Positions 40,630 through 50,216 of a stretch of 64,000 nt of DNA are shown here, piece by piece; positions within the stretch are counted from its first letter, which is position 1, and every line of letters starts with the position of its first letter. This stretch comes from Escherichia phage Cyrano. The notes under the pieces are model-generated. The model had not been told where the DNA came from, made no database searches, and was given only the letters and a program-made list of their open reading frames with translations. The position numbers and the translations under genes are program-made. Where the stretch lies: sequence record OV696614; one strand, given 5' to 3'.

Positions 40630-41733
40630 GTGTCACTCCTTTTGAATCGAGAGCATACGAACGGTCAGGTAACAAACGCATCGTATGCAAAAGTTATTGA
40701 GACGGTGCTTAAAAGCGGCGTGCAGGCTGATGATCGCACAGGCACTGGCACTTTAAGCACCTGCTACGTTCCCTCTTACTACATGCTTACTGGTGGGACT
40801 GTGCCGCTTATTTCTGGAAAGGCGGTAAATCTTAAGCCACTACTTGTCGAACTTGAGTGGTATCTGAAAGGCACGGGCAACATCCAATTTCTCAAGGATA
40901 ACGGCGTTAAGATTTGGGATGCATGGGCCGATGAGAATGGCGATTTGGGGCCGGTTTACGGTAAGCAGTGGCGTCGATGGGAAGATACCCGCATCGTGAG
41001 CCATAGTGAATATCTGAGCAAGATCGCTACTTTCCGTGAACGCGGGTACAAAGTCGAGGGATACCTGGGTATCAGTGAAGATCGCGTAGTGCTGTCCCGT
41101 GAAATCGATCAGCTACAGCGTATTGTCGATACACTGCGCACGAACCCTACCGATCGTCGCATCATGCTTAACGCATGGAACGTAGGCGAGCTTGAGGATA
41201 TGAAACTGCCACCTTGCCACTTTGTCTTCTCTTTGTGGAGTCGTGAGCTGGATTTTGAAACCCGTTTAACGATGGCAACTGACATTGGTCTTCAACACAG
41301 TCGCCTCGGTTACGAGTCTATCTACACCAAGATGCTATACGATCTGGAGATGGACGGCAGTGTTACTGAAGCTGAACTGGATGAACTTGGAATCCCCAAA
41401 CGCATCCTCAACTCCTGCCTCGTACAGCGTAGCGTAGACACTTTTGTTGGTATGCCATTCAATATTGCTGGCTATGGCATTCTCACTCATTTTCTCGCGA
41501 AGATTACGGGTCACATGGCCGGTGCATTTGTGCATTTTGGCTTTGACGTGCATTTGTACAACAACCACATGGAAGGTGTGTGTGAGCTAATGAAACGACA
41601 GGCTCCAGAGCATTCAGATCCGGTCGTTATTTTCCCTCATGAATGGTCAGAGTTGGATGATTTCAAATGGGACGAGGTTTTAATTCTTGGCTATGACCCT
41701 CTACCGTGGATCAAGGTTCCAGTGGCGGTGTGA
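40630..41733 (+). CDS. Thymidylate synthase with internal insertion
   Basis: 367 aa; ThyA blocks DRTGTGTLS, DENGDLGPVYGKQWR, NAWNVGELE, PCH, GMPFNIAGY; about 100 extra residues. Confidence 0.85.
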   Translation: MSLLLNREHTNGQVTNASYAKVIETVLKSGVQADDRTGTGTLSTCYVPSYYMLTGGTVPLISGKAVNLKPLLVELEWYLKGTGNIQFLKDNGVKIWDAWADENGDLGPVYGKQWRRWEDTRIVSHSEYLSKIATFRERGYKVEGYLGISEDRVVLSREIDQLQRIVDTLRTNPTDRRIMLNAWNVGELEDMKLPPCHFVFSLWSRELDFETRLTMATDIGLQHSRLGYESIYTKMLYDLEMDGSVTEAELDELGIPKRILNSCLVQRSVDTFVGMPFNIAGYGILTHFLAKITGHMAGAFVHFGFDVHLYNNHMEGVCELMKRQAPEHSDPVVIFPHEWSELDDFKWDEVLILGYDPLPWIKVPVAV

Positions 41734-41734
41734 T

Positions 41735-42148
41735 ATGGCAAGAGGTATGTATGTCTTATGCGAAATTGAAGGTGTGCTGGCAAATGCCAGCCATCGTAAA
41801 TCAGTATCTGACGCGGATGCAGGCCAGCTCATTGCCGGTGATGAACTCATTTTCCCCACCAGCCGTATGTTGCGTGGTTTTGCTCGCTCAGGGGCTGAAG
41901 TGGTGCTTATCAGTAGCCGCTCTGAAACTCTTGAAGCGCCCACTAAACGATGGCTGAAAGATTTTGGCGTTGATTACGACTGGCTTCATCTCGTACCGAA
42001 TAGCACCAGTTATGAGAAGCATATTAAGCGCACATTAGCGGAGCATAAAGGCGATCTGCTTATCGCTGCGCTGGTGCACGATCCTCGACTCCGTGCCGCT
42101 TTAGCTGACTCTCATCATAGACCGGTCATCTATGAGGTGAGCAAATGA
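41735..42148 (+). CDS. hypothetical protein
   Basis: Start moved to ATG right after the thyA stop (MARGMYVL); 137 aa. Confidence 0.4.
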   Translation: MARGMYVLCEIEGVLANASHRKSVSDADAGQLIAGDELIFPTSRMLRGFARSGAEVVLISSRSETLEAPTKRWLKDFGVDYDWLHLVPNSTSYEKHIKRTLAEHKGDLLIAALVHDPRLRAALADSHHRPVIYEVSK

Positions 42149-42621
42149 AGATGATAGCTGCTGTTGGCCGTAACTATGAGATCGGCATAGCGAACGAACT
42201 GCCCTGGCGTTGTTCTACCGATCTGAAGCTATTTAAGAGACTCACCAAAAACGCCACTGTCGTTATGGGGCGTAAAACGATGGAAAGTCTCAAACGCCCT
42301 CTTCCAGAGCGTCATAACCTCGTTTTGACGCGCTCTCATGGCTTTGTACCAAATGGATTCTACCCTGCTGGTGTGGATGATGTGTTGCGATTACCAGAGC
42401 CTGTGTGGGTGATTGGCGGGGAACAAATTTACTCGCTATTCATGCCGCATGTTGAAGAGATTTGGCTCTCCCACATCGGCGTTGATGTACCAAACGCCGA
42501 TGCATTCTTCCCGGCAAGCATGATGCGTAACTTAGGCTTTGTGCCTGTTGAAACAGCTTATACCCAACGAGCCAGCGAGGAAGAGCCTGGCTTTTCGCAG
42601 ATCGTATACAGAAGGTCGTAA
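42145..42621 (+). CDS. Dihydrofolate reductase
   Basis: 158 aa; MIAAVGRNYEIG..LPW, VVMGRKT, VIGGEQIY motifs. Confidence 0.85.
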   Translation: MKMIAAVGRNYEIGIANELPWRCSTDLKLFKRLTKNATVVMGRKTMESLKRPLPERHNLVLTRSHGFVPNGFYPAGVDDVLRLPEPVWVIGGEQIYSLFMPHVEEIWLSHIGVDVPNADAFFPASMMRNLGFVPVETAYTQRASEEEPGFSQIVYRRS

Positions 42622-43265
42622 TGGATTACCGGATTGGGATCACTGGTGCTCAGGGCAGTGGGAAAACAACCCTGGCTAAATATATCGACAAACATTACGG
42701 AATCCCTTACGTGGATGCTGGTGTCGGAAGTTTGATGAGCCGCCTCGGTGTTCGAGTAGGTGAGTCTATGCCTCTATATGAGCGGCTTCAGATTCAAATG
42801 GAAATAGCAAAGCATATAGAGCTACTTACACGTGGTGTTGAAGGCTTTGTTATCGATCGCACACCTGCTGATGTTATGGCCTACACGTTGGATTTGGTCG
42901 GCCATACAAATGAAGATCGGTGTATTGAGTTAGCCCTCGATATCGAAAAGTTTTGCCACAAAACTGCTATTTCAAACTTTAACGCCATTGCTGGCCTACG
43001 CCCGGGGGTCGCTCTCTCAGAGCGAGATTACTTGCGATCACAACGAGCATCATTAGACCGTCTGTATGTCGCTCGTATTGATGCGTTGATGTGCGGGGAA
43101 CTGACAAAAATTCACCTGCATCCGCAAAGGGGAGATCTGCAAACCTTCGTCGTTTCCAACCGATATCGCACGGTTGAAGCAAGAGCCAGATCAGTGATGA
43201 GAATGCTAGATAACGCTGTAGAAAAGATAGAAAACCGGTTCTGTGGCCGAGTAACCGTTCATTAG
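42621..43265 (+). CDS. P-loop nucleotide kinase (dNMP kinase-like)
   Basis: 214 aa; Walker A GITGAQGSGKTT near N-terminus; sits in the nucleotide-metabolism cluster. Confidence 0.55.
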   Translation: MDYRIGITGAQGSGKTTLAKYIDKHYGIPYVDAGVGSLMSRLGVRVGESMPLYERLQIQMEIAKHIELLTRGVEGFVIDRTPADVMAYTLDLVGHTNEDRCIELALDIEKFCHKTAISNFNAIAGLRPGVALSERDYLRSQRASLDRLYVARIDALMCGELTKIHLHPQRGDLQTFVVSNRYRTVEARARSVMRMLDNAVEKIENRFCGRVTVH

Positions 43266-43326
43266 AAATTGTTCGCCTCTTCGACATTGCGACAATAAAA
43301 CTCTCAAAATGGGTTAAGGATAAAAA

Positions 43327-43746
43327 ATGTTTAGTGAAATGTTACTTGAAGATGAACTGGATCGGAAAACAACAGAGGCTTTGATTCGTGTAGCGGACGA
43401 ACATTCCCGGTCGCTTATGAGCGATCGAGAGGCTCGTCTGGCTATTCGTACCGTATTCGAAATTGCGCAAGGGCTTGTTGGCGCACAAGTAGGTGAAGCC
43501 ATTAACATCGCCATGTCTCAGTTCAGTGAAGACAGTAAAAAGCCTCTGTTTCCTATGCATTTGATGCTGGCTGGTGGCACGGTGCTTTATATCTCTGTTT
43601 GTCTGGATAGCAACCAAATCAATATTCTCAACACTGCGTCAGGTAAGTGGAAAGATCCGATTGTCTGTGAAACCAGTGAAGAAACTTTGAAAAAAGCGGC
43701 TCAATTTGTACGTAGCGCACTACTTAAGGGCGCTAAGAAGTTGTAA
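43327..43746 (+). CDS. hypothetical protein
   Basis: 139-aa ORF. Confidence 0.4.
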   Translation: MFSEMLLEDELDRKTTEALIRVADEHSRSLMSDREARLAIRTVFEIAQGLVGAQVGEAINIAMSQFSEDSKKPLFPMHLMLAGGTVLYISVCLDSNQINILNTASGKWKDPIVCETSEETLKKAAQFVRSALLKGAKKL

Positions 43747-43755
43747 GGAGTTCTG

Positions 43756-44313
43756 ATGACAACGATTGTTGCAGGCATCGATATCGAGTCTACGGGACTG
43801 GATTTCCTTGCTGGTCATAAAATTATTGAAATCGCAATTACCCGCTATGAACTGGAGACACAGAGACATATTGATAGTCTGGAGATGCGTTTTAACCCTC
43901 GCAGAAACATAGATCCGAAAGCTCAAGCCGTTCATGGCATTTCATTAGAACAGCTGGCAGCTGAACCTTTGTTGTCAAATCATGCCAGCGAAATTGGCGC
44001 TTATATGGAGGCATGTAGTGCGTGGGTTGCTCATAACGGCGAAGCATTTGATATACCATTTATTAGACACGAGTTTTCAGGGTATGGAGTAAGACTGCCA
44101 GACGTTCCCGTTATAGATACTATGTTATCGGGATTGTGGGCCACAGAAGACGGTAAACGTCCTCGTCTTGAAGAATTGGCCTTCTCTCTTGGCTTTATAT
44201 ACGATCATGCCAAAGCACATAGTGCCTTATATGACACAAACTTAATGATGCAATGCTTCTTTAAGGCACGTAATAAATACGGATTTTTTAAATTACCCTC
44301 TGAAATTGTGTAA
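43756..44313 (+). CDS. DnaQ-like 3'-5' exonuclease
   Basis: 185 aa; Exo I GIDIESTG, Exo II AHNGEAFDIPF, Exo III HSALYDT; AGGAG RBS. Confidence 0.75.
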   Translation: MTTIVAGIDIESTGLDFLAGHKIIEIAITRYELETQRHIDSLEMRFNPRRNIDPKAQAVHGISLEQLAAEPLLSNHASEIGAYMEACSAWVAHNGEAFDIPFIRHEFSGYGVRLPDVPVIDTMLSGLWATEDGKRPRLEELAFSLGFIYDHAKAHSALYDTNLMMQCFFKARNKYGFFKLPSEIV

Positions 44314-44317
44314 AACA

Positions 44318-44357
44318 AAAGCCTGCTTTAAAGAGAGTTTGAAGCAGGCTTTCTTTT
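44318..44357 (+). terminator. Probable rho-independent terminator
   Basis: agcctgctt .. aagcaggct stem followed by ttcttttaaag. Confidence 0.5.
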
Positions 44358-44473
44358 AAAGAACAGTCGCCTTTCAATCATTTCCTGCCTGTATTTAATA
44401 CTTTTCCGCCTGATAGGTTTAGTCAAAATGTAGCCATCGAAACGCAAATGCAACTAAACAGAAGGAGACTTAC

Positions 44474-45283
44474 ATGAGTTCGGTTGAAAATGTAATGACA
44501 AATGATGATCTGGATGAGCTGACAGCCATGTTGCAATCACTTGATGAACCAGTAAAAAAAGCTGCACAGGTTGAAAATACTGATGATATTGACGATCTGC
44601 TTCTCGGCCTCGATGCTGGCGTAGCCATGAGTTCTGATGATGTTGCCGAAGAACTGTTCAATGAAGAAAAAGCAGGTGATTTCAGCTCTGCTTTAAATGA
44701 GTTGGAGTTAGCGCATGAGCCTATAAACGTAATTAATGCTGAAAGTGTTGAAGCTGCCGTAAACGAGCCAGAACAATTGGGATTTATTGAGGTTGAAGGG
44801 TGTGTTGAGGTTAATGAAGAATTAAAAGTTCAACAGTCAAATGATAGCAATACAAATAAAAAAGCTCGTACTGCAAGAGGTCCTCGCTTCACTTTAAGTG
44901 ATAAAGATGATTCGTTTTTCAATAAAGCGGGCTTAGAAAAAGATATTTTCTTAGACGCTTACGATAACGCGCCTGTCAAAGCAAAGGATAAGATATTAAA
45001 CCTTCTTAATTGGTTTAGCGGAGGTCCAGATATTAGTGTTTACACGGTAATTTCCATGAGACACCTTCTCACAGAAAAGAAGGCTACAAGTAATAGTATT
45101 AAGATTGCTTTAATGAGCAATCCAGAAAAACCGTATCCGCTTAACACTGCGTCAACTCAGGCTGGGCAAATGATGGCTGTATTTCCAGCGACAGGAATTG
45201 CCGTTAGAGACGGTGGAAATCTAACATTGAACGAAGAATCACCGATCGTTAAGAAGTTTGTAGCGGAGTACACTATTGGATGA
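44474..45283 (+). CDS. highly acidic protein, unknown function
   Basis: 269 aa; N-terminal half very rich in Asp/Glu; GAAGGAG RBS. Confidence 0.5.
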   Translation: MSSVENVMTNDDLDELTAMLQSLDEPVKKAAQVENTDDIDDLLLGLDAGVAMSSDDVAEELFNEEKAGDFSSALNELELAHEPINVINAESVEAAVNEPEQLGFIEVEGCVEVNEELKVQQSNDSNTNKKARTARGPRFTLSDKDDSFFNKAGLEKDIFLDAYDNAPVKAKDKILNLLNWFSGGPDISVYTVISMRHLLTEKKATSNSIKIALMSNPEKPYPLNTASTQAGQMMAVFPATGIAVRDGGNLTLNEESPIVKKFVAEYTIG

Positions 45284-45435
45284 CGTCCCCCTACTGAAAA
45301 TAAAGCCCATAGAGAGCTTTATAGTGCTGGGTAAGCCAATCACATATCCAGCACCACAAAAACGCGCCAGAGAGCTTCTCGTTTGCATTTCTGGCGCGTT
45401 TTATTTGATTGCCAGACATAAAATCAAATGCAAAA

Positions 45436-45456
45436 ATAGGTAATCACTTACCTATC
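45436..45456. repeat. Intergenic palindrome family (best copy)
   Basis: ataggtaatcacttacctatc, near-perfect inverted repeat just upstream of the methyltransferase gene. Confidence 0.45.
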
Positions 45457-45466
45457 GAGAAAGAAG

Positions 45467-46060
45467 ATGATTGCAGCCGAAAAAATCAAACAGCGAAAGC
45501 GCGACAACTCTCTTCGTGACCTCTGGAGAACACCTGACTGGCTGTTTTCTGCCATTCAACGTTATCTTGGAGTGACATTTGATGTTGACGTTGCCTGCAA
45601 CAAGGACAATGCGAAGCTGCCTAATTTCATAGGCGTTGAGCGTGATGCTTTGAAATCTGAATGGGGACAGCCAGGTACAATTGCCTTCCTCAATCCACCC
45701 TACTCCAAAATCTCCCCCTGGATTGATGCGGCTATACGTGAGCAGGCTCGCGGAGTTACAACAGTGATGCTAATTCCTCAATCCCTCGATACAAAGTGGT
45801 ATGAGCGTGCAACAGAGTGTGCGAATGAGACGATTATTCTGTCTGGTGGCCGCGTAGCGTTTGTCGAGCCTGACGTCAATTTGGGTCAGGTAGAAGTAAA
45901 CATCAACCCCGGTGGCAGTATGCTCGTTGTTTTTCGAGGATTCTGTCAGGACGCTGGGCACTCTATAAGCAAGATCCCTTTGGACGTCATGAAAAGTCTG
46001 GGAGGGTATGATCCTGCGAATGTGATCAGGAAAAAAAGACCATCAAAGAAGGCTGCTTAG
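45467..46060 (+). CDS. DNA N6-adenine methyltransferase (phage Dam-like)
   Basis: 197 aa; catalytic motif FLNPPYS. Confidence 0.7.
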   Translation: MIAAEKIKQRKRDNSLRDLWRTPDWLFSAIQRYLGVTFDVDVACNKDNAKLPNFIGVERDALKSEWGQPGTIAFLNPPYSKISPWIDAAIREQARGVTTVMLIPQSLDTKWYERATECANETIILSGGRVAFVEPDVNLGQVEVNINPGGSMLVVFRGFCQDAGHSISKIPLDVMKSLGGYDPANVIRKKRPSKKAA

Positions 46061-46222
46061 TTTGTTCTGGCGTCTGTAATTAGCCTGCTTCTGTATATAT
46101 AAATAACTACATATTAATTATTAATATACGGAAGCAGGCTGTTTTATATCAGAGACTCCCAGACCTGAACACCACTACAGAATCCACTAGAACCCCTTCC
46201 CAGACGCTTTAAAATCGATTTT

Positions 46223-46477
46223 ATGAACCACTTTAAGGAAACCAACATGTCATACCCGACTAATGTCGTTGCGCTCGTAGAGAGCGATTTTCTGGCCCAG
46301 GCTCGTGAAATGATGAAAGATCGTGAGCAGGCTTTCAACTTGTACGAGTGGGCAATTAAGTGCTTGCATCTTGGCGAGCATCGCGAACTTGTTGAACAGC
46401 TTTTAGGTGAGTTGATCAATGAGGTGTTTGCCTTGAATGTTCAACTACATGGTCGAGAAAATAATCAATCACAATGA
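46223..46477 (+). CDS. hypothetical protein
   Basis: 84-aa ORF. Confidence 0.4.
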   Translation: MNHFKETNMSYPTNVVALVESDFLAQAREMMKDREQAFNLYEWAIKCLHLGEHRELVEQLLGELINEVFALNVQLHGRENNQSQ

Positions 46478-47060
46478 TAGATAAGTACAAACTATTTATA
46501 AAGTGAATTGTAAGTGCTAAGATCTGATAGTTTCCAGTCGTAGACTGGAGACTCGACCTGATGGGTGGGGGTAAGCGTCACTGGCGTCAGGTTTAAAAAA
46601 GCTCACTACCAGCGTAGAACCGGCACCGTTTAGGGGTTGGGGAAGGGGGAACCAAAGTGGGCAGAGACAAGGGTCACTTTATGATTGTCGAGTCTGGAGT
46701 GTTTCGAGAGGTTGAATCCAGTACTCCCCTTCATAAAGTGTGGGAAGATCTCGGTTCTGGGGTGCTGTCATCCATAACTTCCCAAGCCTAAGCTGGCAGT
46801 AGACTTAGGTCATAACTTTTCAGGTTATGAAACGACCAGGTTGGTGAGGAAATTTTGTACTCACCTCCCTGGGAGAGTATTACCTGAAAAGACAACCTCT
46901 CACTTCGTTCGAGGTGAACTTCACTCACTTCGTTCGTTCAGTTCAGGTTTATAAAAACCTGTTCTGGGAAGTAATTTGTTTATTTTAATAATTATTAACA
47001 CGCACGCGTGTGCGCACGCGCGAGGAAAAAATCGGCGCGGCGCTTGATTCAGGAGTTTAT

Positions 47061-47654
47061 ATGACGACGAAGACACCAGCCCGATCGCAAGCAAAAACTC
47101 GCAAAAAAGCCAAAAACAAAAATTCTCCCCGCACCAATCCCACAACGTCTGTCGTAGAGTTCAATCCCCAGCTTAAAACCGTGAAAATCTTCAGTGATGG
47201 CTCTTGCCTTAAAAATCCGGGTGGCCCGGGCGGTTACGGTATAGTTCTCCAGTATCGTGGTGAGGAACGCGAGTTCTCAGATGGTTTTCATAGCACCACC
47301 AATAACCGCATGGAGATGATGGGGGCACTTATCGGGCTGGAGCGTTTGAAATATCCATGCAACGTTATTTTGCACTCTGATAGCCAGTATCTGAAAAACG
47401 GCATGACACTGTGGATGAAATGGTGGAAACGCAATGGATGGATGACTTCTGACAAAAAACCGGTAAAGAATGTTGATCTGTGGAAGCGTCTGGATGAGGC
47501 CGCAAGTCGACATAATGTTCGCTGGAAGTGGGTTAAAGGTCACGCCGGGCATCGTGAAAATGAAATATGTGATCGACTCGCGAAGATCGCAGCTTTTTCA
47601 GCAGCAGATATGCCTCACAAGAAAGATATTGGTTTTGTTTATAACAAGTGGTAA
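47061..47654 (+). CDS. Ribonuclease HI
   Basis: Start moved to internal ATG behind AGGAG RBS; basic N-terminal tail then RNase HI blocks [29 protein letters not shown]. Confidence 0.85.
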   Translation: MTTKTPARSQAKTRKKAKNKNSPRTNPTTSVVEFNPQLKTVKIFSDGSCLKNPGGPGGYGIVLQYRGEEREFSDGFHSTTNNRMEMMGALIGLERLKYPCNVILHSDSQYLKNGMTLWMKWWKRNGWMTSDKKPVKNVDLWKRLDEAASRHNVRWKWVKGHAGHRENEICDRLAKIAAFSAADMPHKKDIGFVYNKW

Positions 47655-47671
47655 GTAAGTGTTTACCTATC
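47651..47671. repeat. Intergenic palindrome family
   Basis: gtaagtaagtgtttacctatc just after the RNase H stop. Confidence 0.35.
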
Positions 47672-47799
47672 ATTTTAAATCATGTATCTTATCAGCGTCA
47701 GGATGACAATGTGTCGGTAAGACACAGTTCCAGGATGGAACGAGAAAGGCGGCTGGCAATCGCCAGCCGCAACTCTTTCTGACACTGGATGGAGTCCAC

Positions 47800-48294
47800 A
47801 TGGCACGTCAAACCTATTTCACTTCTGCAACTAAACGTCCTCGTTCACTACGTCAAATTTTGGCCGAATTATTTAGCGGTCGTGTTCTGTCACGTCTTGA
47901 TGAACTGGAGACTACCGTTCGGTTGCTGAATGAACGTTTAGATAAGCAAGCGTCAGTTGTTGCGAACGTGGGGGCGATTGTTACCTCTGGTTCTTCACAC
48001 CAAGCGAAAAATGCACGGCCTTTAGTGAAGGAGAAAAACAACAAGGACAGTTCGAATGGAAAATTTTCAAAGAAAGAGGCTGAAACCAATGGCCTACGTT
48101 CTCATTATAGTTTCACTGGCGACGGTAGCCGTTCCAGCCGGCCAGAGCCTTTTGATGCCGGGTTCATCCATCACCACACCTCCGTCGACGACAATTACCA
48201 CCACTCCAGTAGAGCGTCCTGTCACTCTGGATGGGATGACGGTGGATGCGATACCTCAAGTTCATCCGGTTACTCAGGATCATGCTGTGACTAA
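47800..48294 (+). CDS. hypothetical protein with Ser/Cys-rich C-terminus
   Basis: 164 aa; C-terminal low-complexity tail SSSSGYSGSCCD. Confidence 0.4.
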   Translation: MARQTYFTSATKRPRSLRQILAELFSGRVLSRLDELETTVRLLNERLDKQASVVANVGAIVTSGSSHQAKNARPLVKEKNNKDSSNGKFSKKEAETNGLRSHYSFTGDGSRSSRPEPFDAGFIHHHTSVDDNYHHSSRASCHSGWDDGGCDTSSSSGYSGSCCD

Positions 48295-48303
48295 GGCGGT
48301 TGT

Positions 48304-48492
48304 ATGAACTGGTTTTCAAATCACTTTGGAAAAATTTGGCTGGCAATTCTTGCCCTCATGGCCGCCGGTTGGGTATCGAACATTATAAAACTTGTTTGCT
48401 CTGGCGATCTCCAGTTTCAGGCTGGCATGACCTTGGCTCGTGTAGTTGGGATTTTTGTTTTTCCAGTCGGTTCGGTACTTGGTTATTTCTGA
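48304..48492 (+). CDS. small membrane protein
   Basis: 62 aa with two hydrophobic segments. Confidence 0.4.
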   Translation: MNWFSNHFGKIWLAILALMAAGWVSNIIKLVCSGDLQFQAGMTLARVVGIFVFPVGSVLGYF

Positions 48493-48546
48493 CGGCTGTT
48501 AGTGCATATGCATTGACCATCTTTGCGTAAGCAATTTATGAAACTA

Positions 48547-48561
48547 TAAAACAACTTGTTT
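48547..48561. promoter_or_regulatory. Palindromic motif AAACAA-N-TTGTTT
   Basis: aaaacaacttgtttt about 25 nt upstream of the 48586 start. Confidence 0.4.
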
Positions 48562-48585
48562 TGACAAATAACAAAAGGAAAACAC

Positions 48586-49011
48586 ATGTTAGGTTTCTTC
48601 AAAAAGAAAACTCGTAAAGCAGTTATCGAAGTCAAAAAAATGGAGAACCGTGATGCGGTTGAGGCCACCGTGTGGGGCGCGTACATGATCTCCTATGCCG
48701 ACGGCACATGTGACGCAAAAGAAATTGCCATTCTTGAGAAGACAATTGCAGCTCTGCCTGCGTTTTCTCCGTTTGCTGGTGAAATTGCCCAAATGAGCGC
48801 CAATATCCGTGCTCGTTACGAAGCGTCCCCTCGTTCTGCTAATGCACAGGCTATTCGTGAGCTGTCTGATATTGCGGGTACTCCAGAGGCGGTCGATGTT
48901 CTGTGTCTGTGCCTTGATATTGCCGACCAGGACGGCATTGATGAACCAGAAGAGCAGGCGCTGAAAAAGATCGCCCAGGCGCTTCAGTTGTCACTGGATG
49001 CTTATCTCTAA
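48586..49011 (+). CDS. TerB-like domain protein (tentative)
   Basis: 141 aa; helical acidic pattern ADGTCDAKEIAILEK..EQALKKIA reminiscent of TerB; tentative. Confidence 0.4.
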   Translation: MLGFFKKKTRKAVIEVKKMENRDAVEATVWGAYMISYADGTCDAKEIAILEKTIAALPAFSPFAGEIAQMSANIRARYEASPRSANAQAIRELSDIAGTPEAVDVLCLCLDIADQDGIDEPEEQALKKIAQALQLSLDAYL

Positions 49012-49276
49012 TGCTTGAGAGATTCCGGCTTGTGACCGTCATTGCTCTTCTGGTGATAGCGGTGTTGGTGGATTTTACGGGAAAGATGATGTCTGTCATT
49101 TCTGATGGCGTCCTCATTGGTCTGGCGATCTACTTCGCTTATCCGCTAGTCCGTAAAGCAACGTGTTAATGACAAGGGCCAAATGGCCCTTGTGTTTCGT
49201 TGACCGAAATAGAGAGTTTGCACCTTTACGTTTAGCTTGCTCCCCTTTTATGCCACATCACAATAAAGCCAATAAG

Positions 49277-49292
49277 AAAACAACTTGTTTAA
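49277..49292. promoter_or_regulatory. Palindromic motif AAACAA-N-TTGTTT
   Basis: aaaacaacttgtttaa upstream of the 49309 start. Confidence 0.4.
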
Positions 49293-49308
49293 GCATTAGG
49301 AAAAATAC

Positions 49309-49878
49309 ATGTGCAAGAAATGCAAAGCGATAGCTGATGAACAAAACGCCTTATTCGAAGAAATGGATGCTAATGAGCTGGTCAAAATGTTAGCCATTCT
49401 TCGAGGAATAGAAGACGTTTCCATATTTGAGAGAGTGGTTACAGCACTTAATTTTGAGTCCACCTTTGAAGAGCCAACTCAGGTTGTAGCTTTAGCACAT
49501 CATTTCGGTGTTCATTATCTTGCTGAAAAAGAGCGCGCTGATAAGTTGCAGGCGACTTTGGATATGGTGAGCGAGACTCAACGAACTGATGACACTAACA
49601 AGAGTGAGGCGATTATTGCCAGCAAAGATCGTGAAATTGCTGGGCTTAAATCCTCTCTAACGATGTTGATGTCTGCGTTCAATCTTATGTCTTCTCAGGC
49701 GGGTTATAAAATGCCATCACTAAACAGCGATGATCCGATGGCCGTTCGTCAGCTTTTGGGAGCAATGGCCGACCAACTCGACGACACAAAGAGTCGCCTT
49801 GAAGACATGATGCGTGAGTTAAGCCATCGACATAACCTCGCAACACAACCACACAAAGTCTTTCAAAGCTCTAATTGA
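49309..49878 (+). CDS. hypothetical protein
   Basis: 189 aa; N-terminal CKKC. Confidence 0.45.
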   Translation: MCKKCKAIADEQNALFEEMDANELVKMLAILRGIEDVSIFERVVTALNFESTFEEPTQVVALAHHFGVHYLAEKERADKLQATLDMVSETQRTDDTNKSEAIIASKDREIAGLKSSLTMLMSAFNLMSSQAGYKMPSLNSDDPMAVRQLLGAMADQLDDTKSRLEDMMRELSHRHNLATQPHKVFQSSN

Positions 49879-49932
49879 TCTGATATGGCCGCATGATCGG
49901 CCATATTGTGTTGATAAAAACAAGGGTGAAAA

Positions 49933-50214
49933 ATGGCATACGGTACAGGGATTTACAACAATAAAGGAATTAACGTTACTGGCTTCCTTACACCTATTTT
50001 TTTTCTTGATCGATTTACGGCGTCATCAGGCTCTAAGACGTACTCTAATCCGCCACCGGGTAAATCACTACATGCCGTGTGGTCATTAATGCCTCTTAAC
50101 AACGACAACTACATCAATTTACCTGTTCCAAATGTTACTATTAATGGAAATACGGTTAGTTGGTCAAATTTATATACGGGGCTTGGTTCTTACATATACA
50201 CATACTGGGGATAA
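49933..50214 (+). CDS. hypothetical protein (AT-rich cassette)
   Basis: 93 aa; Asn/Tyr/Thr/Gly-rich; noticeably AT-rich local DNA. Confidence 0.4.
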   Translation: MAYGTGIYNNKGINVTGFLTPIFFLDRFTASSGSKTYSNPPPGKSLHAVWSLMPLNNDNYINLPVPNVTINGNTVSWSNLYTGLGSYIYTYWG

Positions 50215-50216
50215 TT

